In this document: piece after piece, positions 39,680 to 53,954 of the stretch | How positions within the stretch are numbered: the stretch's first letter is position 1 | How the letters are laid out: each line of letters starts with the position of its first letter | DNA from: Octopus vulgaris | Taxonomy: Eukaryota | Assembly (NCBI GenBank): GCA_951406725.2 | Contig: OX597823.1 | Coordinates: 69,812,001-69,876,000 of the forward strand | Direction of reading: 5' to 3' | Length of the DNA stretch: 64,000 bases | Translations under genes and position numbers: made by a program | Notes under the pieces: model-generated | Seen by the model: only the letters and a program-made list of their open reading frames with translations | What the model was told of the DNA's origin: nothing | The model's database searches: none

Positions 39680-40232
39680 ACTCCAATAAAATGCAAATAA
39701 TCAAATAGATCAAACAATGATTTGGGACAGAGAAGAGAAACTATATACTGTGGTGGAAACCAGTTGCCCAGTGGATAGCAACACAATGCTCGAGTTGAGC
39801 TTAAAAGAAAATATCTAAACTATTGAGACTTATAGTTCTCCTACCTGAATTACAAGTTCAGATTGATACTTATAATTATTGGCACTAGGATATGTAACCA
39901 ATCTGCACTAATCTTGAGAGATTAGGCTTCTCAAAATTAGAAAGGGGAAAGCTAATTTTGAAGACTACCGATTCAAACCTTCAATGGAACTGTCGAAATC
40001 TGTATAACTTCCCAAAAGCTTAGCACATGCAACTATATACAGGAGAATACATACGTAAAATATACAAAGCTGCATATGCACTGACTCTAAATATATACCC
40101 ACAAACATGCACAAATGCATTGCTGATGTTGCTTACAATTCCAATGAAGAAACTTTGAATTTAGGCTAGAAAGCGGTTCGTTCTCTACTGGCAAGAAATC
40201 TAGAAATAAAACTGAATGATAATACACACAGA
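39680..40232 (+). mobile_element. 3' fragment of an RLE-endonuclease non-LTR retrotransposon
   Basis: MIWDREEKLYTVVETSCP matches IMIWDREWKLCTVEE at 63078-63353; its 3' UTR is shared with 62595-62690. Confidence 0.8.
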
Positions 40233-40677
40233 TCACGCAGTATACTTAGACTCTCAGTAAAACTAGTGGAGTTCATTCAGATATAGGCCAATCTGAAATC
40301 TTAAGTATAACACGCTAATCTATTAAGTACGTAAAATATTTAATTAGTCTGCCAAAGTTCAGATTCCTCATATCACGCAGAGACACTAAAAGAGCAACAG
40401 ATGGAGAGATAAGGAGAGGAGGAAGCGCAAACAATATCGGCACTAATTGTTTGATTATGATAATTGATATAATTTTGAACAAGCTGAATAATTCATCAAG
40501 CACAATATATTTCTATCGTTATATCTATTTATACAGATATATAGACAGACATATAGATCTATATATGTGTGGGTGTTTGTGTGTGTGTGTGTGTGTGTGC
40601 GTGCTTGCGTGTGTGTGTGTGTGTGTCTGTCTGTCTACATACACACTGTTTTTATATTCATAGGTAAGTGTTTTAAA

Positions 40678-40915
40678 GGCGGCGAGCTGGCAGAAGCGTT
40701 AGCACGCTGGGCGAAATGCTCAGCGGTATTTCGTCTGCCGTTACGTTCTGAGTTCAAATTCCGCCGAGGTCGACGTTGCCTTTCATCCTTTCGGGGTCGA
40801 TTAAATAAGTACCAGTTACGCACTGGGGTTGATATAATCGACTTAATCCGTTTGTCTGTCCTTGTTTGTCCTCTCTCTCTCTGTGTTAGCCCCTTGTGGG
40901 TAGTAAAGAAAAAGG
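40678..40915 (+). mobile_element. SINE family A (well preserved)
   Basis: ggcggcgagctggcagaagcgttagcacgc...ccccttgtgggtagtaaagaaa. Confidence 0.9.
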
Positions 40916-40924
40916 TAAGTGTTT

Positions 40925-41420
40925 TAATGCTTCGATTATTAGGACAGCCTTAAAGCATTGAAACTCTATTCTCTCCAGCGCCGCTGTGAGCGATACATCA
41001 TTTGTACTATGTGGAGAATATACCACCAGCAGTGCCCAAGTGACTTCAACATTAGCTTCAAAATTCATCCAAGGCTAGAACCATGGGCCACACATGCCCT
41101 ACCCAATTCAGGATCGCACTACATATATACACTGCAGCACAATTTCTTTTCCTCAACAGGCTCTAACCTATTTAACATTGTCCCGAAACAGATCAAAGAG
41201 GAAAAGGATCACATAACGTTTAAACGGAATCTGGACGAAATTCTCCAAGGATTAGCAGATAAGCCACCTATACCTGGATAAAACTCACTCAACAAGAACT
41301 CCATACTCAAATGGACCATGATACCACAAAACTTGACTTAAAAAGGATGTAGATAATCCTAACAGGAAGTGCTATTGAGTTAGACATGGCCTGGACCAAT
41401 CTTTGGTCGAAACATTTAAG
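40925..41420 (+). mobile_element. CR1/L2-group LINE 3' fragment
   Basis: LKALKLYSLQRRCERY...NFFSSTGSNLFNIVPKQI...FKRNLDEIL...DKPPIPG. Confidence 0.75.
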
Positions 41421-41440
41421 TTATCTAAGTTTTATATATA

Positions 41441-41822
41441 GGCGCAGGAGTGGCTGTGTAGTAAGTAGCGTACTTACCAACCAAATGGTCCCGGGTTCAG
41501 TCCCACTGCGTGGCACCTTGGAAGAGTGTCTTCTACTATAGCCTCGAGCCGACCAAAGCCTTGTGAATGGATTTGGTAGACGGAAACTGAAACCCCGTCG
41601 TATATGTGTGTCTGTTTTTGTGTGGCTGTACTTGTCCCCCAACATCGCTTGGCAACCTATGCTGGTGTGTTTACGTCCCCATCACTTAGTGGTTCGCTAA
41701 AAATGACCGATAGAATAAGTATTAGGCTTACAAAGTCCTGGGGTCGATTCCTTCGACTAAAGGCGATGCTCCAGCATGGCCGCAGTCAAATGACTGAAAC
41801 AAGTAAAAGAGAGTAAAGAGTA
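41441..41822 (+). mobile_element. SINE family B
   Basis: Full head ggcgcaggagtggctgtgtag through tail gaaacaagtaaaagagag. Confidence 0.9.
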
Positions 41823-42157
41823 TATGTGTGCATATGTGTGTGTGTATTATGTATATATGTAGAGATGTGTGGTTTAGTATTTACAGGTATCGCAATGATA
41901 GGTGTAACATTGTGGGTTCGATTCCTGGAGAAGGCAAACTGTTGTGTTCTTCATTTCAACCTGCTTCAGTCCATTCAGCTGGTAACCAAACGGCGTCTAG
42001 TGGGAATATATAGGCCACTGAAAACACAAAACTGACCTTACGAGCCTATGGTTCTAGAAATAACTTTCTTTCTTAGATTTTATATATACTCAAGTCACCG
42101 TATCAACATATATATATGCGTGTGTGTGTGTGTGTATGTGTGTGTGTGTTTGTGTGT

Positions 42158-42208
<51 letters not shown>

Positions 42209-42211
<3 letters not shown>

Positions 42212-42910
42212 TGGGTTGCCCGGAAAGTTCGTGCCGATTTTTAAAGGAAAGAAAAGGTCAATAAATATTTGCCATAACATTTTCAATCAACCAAATATGA
42301 AACATTTTGTTGCACTATGCATCTCCATCTTTCCTTTAAATTGAAAATACCCGCTTCCCAGAATTGAGGTGGTTTCATGGCAAAGAATTCATCAAGGTGT
42401 CTTTTTACATCATCCAAGGAATTGAAATTTTTACCATTAAGACTATTCTGCAGAGACCTGAATAAGTGGAAATCCGAAGGAGCAATATCTAGTGAATATG
42501 GAGGGTGTGGTAACACATCCCAGCTGAGCTGCAGCAATTTTTGTCTGGTTTTTGGAAAACAACACCCATCCTGTTGATCAATTCTGTACGTTTCTCTTGA
42601 ATTGCTGCTTTTAACTCGTCCAGTTGTGTGCCGTATTTCTCAGAATTAATTGTGTGGTTACTTGGGAGTAACAGAATTACATAGTACAGAATTACTTTCC
42701 AATCCCACCAGACACAAAGCAAGACTTTTTTAGGGTGAAGACCCGCTTTTGGAGTGGCTAAGGGTGGCTCATGTCGCTTACTCTAGGATCACTTTCTCTG
42801 AACATTTCGGTAGATAATCCATTTCTCATCACCTGTCGCAATTTGCTTTAAAAAAGGCGCGTTTTCATTCCGTTTATAAGGCGAATCATAGATGGAAAGG
42901 CGATCCATTT
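42209..42910 (-). mobile_element. Mariner transposon, 3' half
   Basis: TIR (TA)TTGGGTTGCCCGGAAAGTTCGTGCCGATTT; TGDEKWIIY, LCVWWDWK and HPPYSLDIAPSDFHLFRSLQN; frameshifted. Confidence 0.9.
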
Positions 42911-44068
42911 ATATATATATATATATAAAGAGAGAGAGAGACAAGACACTTGTGTAAGGTGTTACATAGCGGGACCTGTTCCACTAAAATCCTTCAAGAT
43001 GGCGTGCCAGCATGACCGTGGTCAAATAACTGAAAGAAGTAAAAGATAAAACGATGTCATGCTAACAATACGAGATATCACGTAATCCATGGCAAAATCC
43101 GAATTCAAGGAAAATGGTGATGACCTCCATCAACAATAATTAGTCTATAGGAAACACCAATATTCTATATATCCTAATCAAGCGGAAAAGTTTCCTACAC
43201 ACATATATAATGGGGTGAAGAAGGCCTTCGCTATGAACATTCTCATCACTTTATCATAATTCAGAACATCTTCGCCATCCTTTAATCAAGCTATAAATGT
43301 ATCAGATATTGATCTGGCTGTATTTTGATCCATTTCGTTACTAACATCTTAAATCTAGCTTTTACTTCACACCTCTAAGCATAAAGAGGTATTGATACAT
43401 GGAAGGAAATTTAGCAAATATATTTTCCTTCCTTAGTAAAAGAGGGTATCATGACCGCTGCTCATATTCTTCTAAAGACAGAATATACGCTAACCTATTT
43501 AATGCATTAATGGGATTTCCATCGATCACTTAACCGAATATATGTGCGCATGGCTGCCCTTACGTCTTTGTGTGTATATGGAATATGTGCATGTAAACGC
43601 ATATCTACTCACACACAGAAACACACACACACACATGTATGTATAGGTATGATTATAAATGTAAGTCTGTATATGAAGGGTGATATATATATATATATAT
43701 TATATATATATATATATATATAATATACATAAAAATATTTATACATAGATATGTATAGATATGTATACACACATGCATATATAAATGTAAGTGTGTGTAC
43801 ATGTGTATATATATATATATATATAACCAATTCTGTCTGTATATACGAACGAACACATGTTTACGTATGTCTTTCTTTGCATGCAAAAATAAGCGTAACT
43901 GTATGATAGGAAGTTTTCGTCCTAACCACGTGGTTTCATGTTCATGCATATCTATATGCATACACATATGAATATATACATACGGGTATATACATGCACG
44001 CATGCACACACACACACATATGTGCATTCATGAAAGTGTATGTATGAATATATATACGTGTAGGTATT

Positions 44069-44102
<34 letters not shown>

Positions 44103-44115
44103 TATATATATATAT

Positions 44116-44156
<41 letters not shown>

Positions 44157-44289
44157 CATATATTATATATACATATATATATATACATACATATATATAT
44201 ACATATTAAAACTACAGTACGATACATCACGTATTCACCTTAACACAGCTTTAACAACGAGCGAAATCATAGAAGCTGTATATCGCTTT

Positions 44290-44870
44290 AGTGAACTGCG
44301 AATAGGCTTTCAATAGAATCGAAATGAACGCAGTGCTAAAATCACTGGAAATGCAAAGAGTTGGGGCACAATACACGAAAATGCTCAGGAATGCACCACT
44401 AATGTAGCTCTATTATTATCATCTGTAAGAGTTCCTAGTAAAAAGACGTCAATGAGATACAATCTCTCCAAAGCTCTTCATTGCATATCTGGAAATTGTC
44501 ACCAGAGATATTGACCAGAGAGGTGGTGTTGACATCAACACCTCCAATTCATAGTTAACATCGTACTCATCGCCGAAACCACAGACCAGCTGCAGACAAT
44601 GCTGACAGCTGGACACTCATAGCTCAGATGTATTCATTAAAATGCATAAAAACAAAATACATGCAATTGAAAATGTTGCGCATGACCGAATATTAGTGGA
44701 ACCGTTAAAATAGAAGAGGTAATGGAATAGGTTTACATGGGACAGACAGTGAATATGGGCCTAAATATTCCTCAAGGTGAATAAGAGCAGGATGGAAAGC
44801 ATTTGCCCCGATAAAAGATGTGCTAAAAGCAAGGCTGGACAGGACCCCACATATCAGTCTTTGAGACGTG
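44290..44870 (+). mobile_element. Decayed RTE-type RT fragment
   Basis: RQ*DTISPKLFIAYLE, comparable to GVRQGDTISPKLF. Confidence 0.6.
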
Positions 44871-44906
44871 GGTTGCTAGTGAGCAAGAAGAACACACACA
44901 CATACG

Positions 44907-45277
44907 TCTATTATATAAAATCCGTTCTGTCTGTCTGTGTGTATGTCTTCTAGGATCTCGAGCATCCTTCATCCGATTGCGCTCAAATTTGATATGTAGA
45001 TACCGACGGTATCAGGGCGTGATTATTACAAAAATCGATTCCAGGTGGGAATGCGATCGATAAAGCCGTGGGAACGGGCATTTGTAAAATCGCTTTTCTT
45101 GGAATAGAAAAAAGTCTATCTTTATTTCTTCTTTTGCTGGTGTCTCAAATTTAGGTTAAATCAGTATTTCTCAAAGGGAGGCCTATGGGACGGTCGGACA
45201 AGTTGTTTTGAGAAAATTTGGTTTAGATGTTTGGCAACTCAGCACCGTCCATTGGACGGGGGGCAGACTTTTGCTCG
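44907..45277 (+). mobile_element. Non-autonomous Helitron-like element
   Basis: 5' TCTATTATATAAAA, (CTGT)n, subterminal hairpin CCGTCC-att-GGACGG (45245-45259), 3' CTCG followed by T (canonical is CTAG). Confidence 0.7.
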
Positions 45278-45928
45278 TATATACATATATTTATATATAT
45301 GCGTGTGTGTAAGTTAGTACGCGAGTGTGCATGTGTATGTATATTTATGTGTTAGTGCCTCTTCGTAAAAGCCGACTTCTGAATTGTGTATAAAGGCGCA
45401 GGTAGGACATATTCATGGACATACATTTATACTTTCATACATTTATTCAAATATATATACATAATAATACATATATAAATACAGATATATGTGTGAGTGT
45501 GTGTGTGTGTGTTATTTCAATTCTGGTATCTAACTATTGACGTCCGCTGCTACATAAACACACTATTAGTTTATAATTGTGTCATTAACCGTGTCATTAT
45601 ATGAGCTTAATTGTCCGAAAAATTAGAATCTAATTAACAATCATCTCAGGCATATAACCATTTTGTAAACAAACTATATATTTATGTTTGCAAGTCTACT
45701 TACATGTACATGTGTATGTGTATATATATGTGTGTGTGTGTGTGGAAAGGGAAATAGATAGATCGATTGATAGATATACATATAGATATATATATGTGTA
45801 TATACACTAAAGAGAGTAGGTCACATAGATAAAATATATAAATAAATATTTAAATATATATTATCTGTGCCATACATGTATATATTTGTGTGTGATTGCG
45901 CGTATGTATGTATATGTATGTATGTATG

Positions 45929-45980
<52 letters not shown>

Positions 45981-45988
45981 TATATATG

Positions 45989-46055
<67 letters not shown>

Positions 46056-46158
46056 GACAGAAATGGCAAGACAACAAGAGAATGAAAGAGACCTGGATAT
46101 TGCTTGAATAGAGGAATTTATCTGTAAATATATTTTCATAGCATTCTTTTCGATGGCC

Positions 46159-46223
46159 CGATAACTGAAGAGATATCGGCGTGGGTTTCCGCCCGACGAG
46201 ATCCGAAACTGGGAGTTTTATCG
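46159..46223 (+). ncRNA. Type I hammerhead with extended stem II
   Basis: cgataa CTGAAGA gatatcg...cgagatcc GAAAC t-ggg-a GTT ttatcg, flanked by the 13-bp inverted repeat tatctgtaaatat/atatttacagata. Confidence 0.75.
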
Positions 46224-46273
46224 TGGCTGCCGAATAATTGTCACATATCATATTTACAGATATATGTGTGTGT

Positions 46274-46340
<67 letters not shown>

Positions 46341-46563
46341 TAATATAGGATAAAATTTTTCGAAAAGTTTTTTATCAATGCCCAGCATATTAAAAAATAC
46401 CTTTAAAGGTTAAATTTATAAACAACTTATAAACAAGGGTAAAATAAAAAAATTCTAATGCCAAATATGCCGAATTTAGACAAATTATCAATAACAATAT
46501 AATTTATCACTATAAACACGCGTCTTGAAGTAAGCCGACAGAAATTTCTAAAAAATTCCATTA

Positions 46564-46624
46564 TTATCGTATCGGTCCCAATTTCAGAGTAAATTCATAA
46601 GAATTTTCTCCTCGTCAGCGATAA
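46564..46624 (-). ncRNA. Type I hammerhead, canonical core
   Basis: ttatcg CTGACGA ggag-a-aaattc-ttat-gaattt-a-ctct GAAA ttgg-ga-ccga TA cgataa. Confidence 0.8.
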
Positions 46625-47346
46625 ATACGTAAGACCTAAATGAAACACTTACTCATACCCATGGAAGAAGCAAACACTAAGTCATGAGCAGACCTAAGTA
46701 AATATCCCAAACTGACATTAATTCGTTAGTTCACTGTATTCAATATATTCAGTTTTTGGAAAATGTTTGTCAAACTGTCTTTCTGTCTGTCTTTCTTTTT
46801 TATGTCGTCTCTCTTTATGCTTTTTACTAAATTGTTCATAAAATAGAAAACTTTTCAATTAACCATACTCTCCTTCCAACATTTTAGTTTTGGACAATTT
46901 TGAGATTTTATTTTAGTATTTTATTTATTTCTGCAAGTCCAAGTAACAACAGGGGATTTATTTTGATATCAACGGTATCAATAGCGATGCCCTGGTTCTA
47001 CACTACTTACCGGTGCTGTGGTAGAATAGTCACTAAGTAAATATAAACATTAGAGTAGAAAAATAGGATGTCTACGAGACACCATCGGAATGGATTGTCG
47101 CCATCTATTGTATTAATTCATTGTAAATTCCTATTAGTGTCATTTCAAATAGACACGAGGACAATATATATTTCAGGGCGAATAACGAAAGAGAGTATTC
47201 TGACGTTCAAGTCTTAGTTAAGGAATTATACGAAATAGCTTCAAGTGGAAATCGATCCTAGTGGAGACTCACTGCACGCTTATCGCTACTCTTCATTGCT
47301 TGTTACACCGTCTTGCTACATCCTACTGTTGAGGACATATATATAT

Positions 47347-47434
<88 letters not shown>

Positions 47435-47537
47435 GTAGATATTGAGTGTCATCATGCGATACGATTCACACACCTACGCTAACTACACGCCCCCAAAGCA
47501 TAAGATTTCTAAATAAATGTTTTGATAAACTAATAAT

Positions 47538-47571
<34 letters not shown>

Positions 47572-48259
47572 AGTTCTTTTTTTTAATTCTAGGACATTAA
47601 TACACAATTTACTGCGTTATCATATCCATTATTTCATTATTTGTATTCTGGGAACAGATTTATTAGAGATAATTGCTGAAACCAAATAAAGCGCAAATCA
47701 TATTAATTTTAGGTGCGATTTGAAATATGATAAGCAGCATGAAACATTTAGAAGCCATATTTTATTGCGCTTTAAAATTAGGAAAATATACAAGTGATGT
47801 TCATTGATTGTAGGTTCCCGTCCCATCGAGTTTAAGATAAACGTTTACTCTGTATTTTGAGGCCATTATATTTCAATAAAGCCCATTATTATGATAACCG
47901 ATATGCCTTGGTAGGTTGACCTGCACAGGTCAGAAGAACTACATAGAAGTTTTAAACGTTAGCAGTTGAATGGAACTACACAGAAATAGGGGTGTGGTCC
48001 AGAAATTGCATTTCCATACTCGCCATCAAAATATTGCAGAATATTTCATCAATAGATCATGCTAATTGTCGGTGTGTATTATTTTTCCAGATGTAAAATG
48101 AAATGAGAAAATCAAGGGGAGAAAAAGACGGGAAAAAAGAGAATTAATTGAAGAAAGTATAAAAGCAGTTATATAATAAGTGAATCGAACATGAATTTGA
48201 TAGAAACATGGATTTGATATCGACTAAAAGACTGAAAGAGAAGGTAAGATTGAATGTAA

Positions 48260-48646
48260 TTGATAGAGAAATAAAGTAAATTGCAAGGTTACAGCAGAAG
48301 AATTCTATAACTTATTTTATGTTCATTCATGAGGTAATACGAATAAAAGAATTATTTTTAAGCCAGACCGAAGTTTGGCACTATATATTTCCTGTGGAAT
48401 TTGGCTAGAAATTCAAAGGTAATAGAAAGGTTGATTGTTTAAGCATGAATGGAGATAGGAGCAAAAATGTAAAATTCTATTATAGACCGTAGAGCCATTC
48501 AGAAATATACTGGGGTGAGTGAAGTAGAATAGCTGATGGCGATATGACTCTCTGGCTGAGCTTACATAAAAGTCAATGAAAGAATTTGTTTGGAGCTTAA
48601 AATAGATTCGGAAGCGAATAAATCCGTACAGTATATGACAAGAAAG

Positions 48647-48695
<49 letters not shown>

Positions 48696-49112
48696 TGTGT
48701 GGGAGATAGAGAAAGAGAGAGACAGACAGATAGAGAGATAGACAGACAGAGAGAAAGAGAGACAGACAGAGACAGTGAGAGGCAGAGAAGCAGAAGGAGA
48801 GAAAAAGAACTTTGAAAATAAAAGTGTTTAGTACAAGGGTAGCAAGAGAAATAGATAAAGTAAAAAGAAAAATAAGGAAAATTTAATGATACAGTTTCAG
48901 AAAGAGATAACAAAAAAAAAGAAGAGAATAACACTTGCGTTTGTAAGAAGAGAGAGAAAAACAAGAAAGACAGAAATCTGGTTAAGGAGATAAAATTGTA
49001 ATATAAGAAGCTGTGGGAATAGAGTAACTCTATATAAACGTATAAAGGCAAGAATTGAACTATTTGCTATTGTTGTTGCTGTTGTTGTTGTTGCTGTTGT
49101 TGCTGCTACTCC

Positions 49113-49155
<43 letters not shown>

Positions 49156-49345
49156 AGCATTGTTGTTGATGTTATGTTTCAAGTTGATATTCCTTATTTT
49201 CATTGGTGTGGTTGGTGTTTCGTCCCAAGACAATACTAATCGAAGAGACAAATCATCAAAGATGTTACAACAGCAATATATATATATATATATGGGTGTA
49301 TATATATGCACACACACACATACACACTCACACACACAGACGCAC

Positions 49346-49381
<36 letters not shown>

Positions 49382-50034
49382 TATCGGTTTCTTTTGCAGA
49401 AATGCTGCGATACACACACACACACATAAACGACGTACTCCTTTCAGTTTCCACCTGCTAAATCTATGGTCAAACAGCGCCTTTAGTAGAAGACGTTTGC
49501 TCAAGATGCCACGCAGTAGGAGTGAAACCGGAATCGTGTAGTTGAGAAACAAACTTCTTACCGCACAGCCACGCCTGCACCTATGTGTATGTGAGTATAT
49601 GTGCGTGTGTGTGTGTGTTTTTGTGTGTCTGTGTGTGTTCGCTTGTATGTATGCATGTATATACGTATGACGAAATCTGTGTATGTAGGAAATTAGCTGC
49701 TATTTTTACCATCTTGAAAGACCACTCGGTGACACCCTCGTTCTATAATAGTGTTGCCTTTTTTATTCTCGTTTTCTTGGCCAGATTTGATGGAAGAAAG
49801 AAGCTGACAATAATACATATTTCACTTCTGTACACAGCTGCGGTTTTTCTGATTGTTAGTTAGTGGTGACGGGAGCGAGGTGCAATGTAATCCTTCCTAC
49901 TACAGACACAAGGCCTGAAATTATAGTGCCAAACTTCGGTCTGGCTTCAAAATAATTTTTTATTCGTATTACCTCATGAATGACCATAAAATAAGTCTAC
50001 TGTAACCTTGCAATTTACTTTAATTCTCTATCAA
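48260..50034. repeat. Long-range inverted repeat pair (48260-48385 and 49922-50034)
   Basis: aagccagaccgaagtttggcactata versus tatagtgccaaacttcggtctggctt, extending about 115 bp with one indel. Confidence 0.9.
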
Positions 50035-50282
50035 GTACCAGCGCATAACTGGTACTTAATTTATCTACACCAAAAGGATGAAAGGCAAAGTTGACCTCGG
50101 CAGCATTTGAATTCAGAACGTGAAAGCAGACGAAATACCTATTTCTTTACTACCCACAAGGTGCTAAACACAGAGAGGACAAACAAGGACAGACAAACGG
50201 ATTAAATCGATTATATCGGTTGTCAAGCGATGTTGCGGGGACAAACACAGACACACAAACATATACATACATACACACATAA

Positions 50283-50368
<86 letters not shown>

Positions 50369-50905
50369 GACGGGCTTCTTTCAGTTTCCATCTACCAAAT
50401 CCATTCACAAGGCTTTGGTTGGCCTGAGGCTATAGTAGAAGACACTTGTCCAAGGTGCCAAGCAGTGGGACTGAACCCGGAACCATGTGGCTGGTAAGCA
50501 AGCTACCTACCACACAGTCACTCTTAATATATATATATATATTCTTTTATTCTTTTATTCTTTCACTTGCTTCAGGCATTTAACTGCGACCATGCTGGAG
50601 TAGCGTCTTTAGACGAACAAACCAGGACCTATTCTATGTAAGTCTAGTACTTATTCTATCGGTTTCTTTTGCCAAACCGATACGGTACAGGGACGTGAAC
50701 ACACTAACATCGATTGTCAAGCGATTGTGGTGGAAGACAGACACACAAATATACACATATACATATACATATATATATTTACATACATATATATATAAAT
50801 CACGGGCTTCTTTCAGTTCCTTGCTACCAAATCCACTCACAACGCTTTGTTCGGCCCGAGGCTTCAGTAGAAGACATTTGCCTGTGGTGCCACGCAGTGG
50901 GACTG
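50035..50905 (-). mobile_element. Cluster of SINEs: family A (50035-50217) and two family B (50215-50524, 50542-50905)
   Basis: Homology to other copies in the window. Confidence 0.8.
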
Positions 50906-51479
50906 AAGGACTGAAAGCCGAACTTTGTGCACCAACCGTGTGTACGGATTCTCTGGTTCTTACTAAAGTAAATTCGGATTTACTTAAGTAAATCCCGTTA
51001 CGCATACATTTACAAGTATAAGTCAAATATGCAACGTATACATAAAGAAAAATATGAGTATACTTCAGCACACAGTCCACAGTACACTGTAATTATAAAA
51101 GCATGTTTATGAAAGATAGCGATAAGTTGAAGTTACACTGACCTGCAGAACTCCAAAACCCTCTTATGCTGTGAGCTAGAAAATACTGATGCTTTCTACT
51201 AAACACTTTTTCTCAATTCTATTCTTTGTAATAGTAATCAATACGATGCTTTTACGTATTTGCCTCGTTGGTCAAAGGTAAAATCACTATATTTAGCCAA
51301 GTCCATTATCAATATTTTATAAAGGGGAGTAGATGTGAGTAAGACAGAACCATTTTTGATACTTTACTAAATCTGAAGAATATCAAAGTTTTACTGAGTT
51401 CCAACCTGAGAGATGACTTTATTGTTCATTGTTCTGTGTCTAATATAAAATCTAAAGCTATACTTAGGTACAAGTCCTC

Positions 51480-52000
51480 AGTTAGCGTGATTGGTAAGGG
51501 TTCAAATAATTCGATTGATATTGCCCCTACACTTCGTCACCAGGCTACTATTAACCTCCGCAAAGCTTTGATAAAACACACAATAGAGTGTTATTCTCAC
51601 GTCTGGCACTGTACTGCTTCCACGCTCATCCAGATTTTCTAGTTCGCACCAGCGTGATTATGAAATCGATCTCCCCCGATCTCCAATGCCTAACCCACAG
51701 ATGTGTCACCTTCCTCTCAGCTTCTTACTACTCCTGCCTGCAATATTCTCTTCTCTTCGAAACTAGAAGGACTAATGCCTTTTCCACTCAGGCACTTCTT
51801 GTTGTCTTCTCCTCCCATTCACCTTACCGTGTCTATTTGTCATTCTCACCTGTCCAGTACTGTACCAACTCCGATTTCTTTTTATTCCTTCCCAGAACGT
51901 CCTTCCTCTGGAATTTCTTTCCTCTGCATATTTTCTCTGCAGTTGTCAGTTTACAACTGTCGAGGAAGAGCATTAATCGCGTTGATTTCACTTGTCTGAA
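51480..52000 (+). mobile_element. Decayed CR1/L2/Jockey-group LINE 3' fragment
   Basis: IECYSHVW and FLPRTSFLWNFFPLHIF...LQLSRKSINR, comparable to SFFPRTSRLWNSLP. Confidence 0.7.
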
Positions 52001-53954
52001 AAAGCCTGACAAGCACCTTCATTTCAACCAGACCATTAATATTATTTTACGGAGATGTACTTGCATAGCAAGTGACCTGATCTGAAATCGTGTGCTGAAA
52101 TCTGAGATCGTGAATAATATTATTGTTTATGGATAAACATCTGACGCAAAAGGAGAGAACATCGAGTCATGAGAAAGATAACTCAAATAAATTATTGACA
52201 ACCTGACCACTGTTACAGCACCATTCTGCGATATGTGGAAGCACTTGTGTGTGTGTGGGAGGCCTTTATGCATGTGAGCATGTATGCGCATATGTATGTG
52301 AGTGCAAGTGTATGTACGCATTTATTTCCATGTCTGTCTTGACACATTTATAACCCGTAACTTAGAGCTGTAAATAGGCACCGATAATATAAAATCCGAA
52401 CTTCGAAATAAATCATTTTACTGTGTTATATATATTCGTCTAAGACCATTTAAGACGAAGCTGCGGTATGGCCGCATTTCACTGACTAAAATAATTTTAA
52501 AAAAACAATGTTTCGAGCATTCTCAAATAATTTAATAAATTCAGATCCGGTGGTATCAAATATCACCCCCAAAAGCAAAAATGCAATGACTCGCTATCGA
52601 TGTGAACTCAGAACATGATTTCGTAAAACCAATACAGTAGTTATGCAACCATTAAATTGTTGTTTGTAATTTTTCTTTAATCATTTCTTTAAAGTTTTCA
52701 TGATTAGCCTTCCTTGCTTCATGTTCTTGTTTAATTGATTTTGTTCTAAGGAGACATTTTTTTCTTAACACGATTTCTCTTATTGCTTTCTTCTGTCGTC
52801 AGCGGTTAACTTCTTATTCTGTTCAGAGATATTGTACCTAATAAATGAACGGAGATGTTGTTTTGAGTTAAATTAATGGACGTCTCAAAAAATATATTTT
52901 GTACTGAGGTAATCAAGTTTTTACTAACTTAAAACCTGATTAACTAATATAATTCTTTTCTACGTGTATTGATAACACTTTTCTTTCCTTCATAAGCATT
53001 TGAAGAAAAGAAGAAACTTCTATATGGTCACTAAAACTACTAGAAATAACAATAAAATATCTCTGAAACCAAATTTTTAAAAAGAGGAACATACCGACTA
53101 ATATACTCCTAGATACACCTAAACGATGGCCATATCTAGTAAACTTTAAGTCAATGGAATTCTTCGATCAAAATTGGTCGTGTATTGAACGACAGCAACA
53201 AAGGCAGAAATAAACACAAACGCAAAAATCACGGATATACATACAGATACACAACTGCATACACGTTACAATATACGTGGTACAATCTGTTGTAGAGTTA
53301 TTTATTGAGAATAAAGAATAAGAATATATGGGTATAAAGGTATATAATCTTTGATATATTATATTTATTATTCTGAGTCAGTTTCTCATAAATATCCTAT
53401 ATTCTTTCTGTGACTAAACAGTATGTTAGAAATACTTTTCTATTTCTTCTTTAAATTTTTTCATATATTCCAGTAAATGGTTTCTACAAAAGGCATGTGA
53501 GTATCACTAGAATAATACGGAAATATTTTACAATGAGATCAAGAGTAGCTGAGTGTTTTTTGGCACAGATGATGGATCGATGTTCAAAATACTTAGCTGT
53601 CAACGGGTAAGTCGACAAATTACAATTCATAGTAATAAGCAATAACATGTAAGGTGATGTAATACATCGCTGTAAGCTGTATTCATTCTTCTACGACAAC
53701 AATCAGAAATGTCAATAAGCACAAAAATATCCTCTAAAATCAGTAGACTCTTTTGTATGCATAAGACGTAACATTGCATTCACAGATAAGGATTTTAAAA
53801 GAATTCACGCAAAACAGTAGGCTATTCTTAAAAGCTTCAGAGTCATCTGGAAATGATCAGAGGACACCAGATGATTTTAAGTTTCGTTCGTGTCATTGTG
53901 GAATCAGTATTATTGTATTTGCCAATTGCTTGGTCAGTCACCTAACACCTAGCG

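Noticed and set aside
49170-49275. Signal-peptide-like MLCFKLIFLIFIGVVGVSSQDN
   Set aside because: Flanked by (GAT)n and (TA)n with no splice donor; probably a compositional coincidence.
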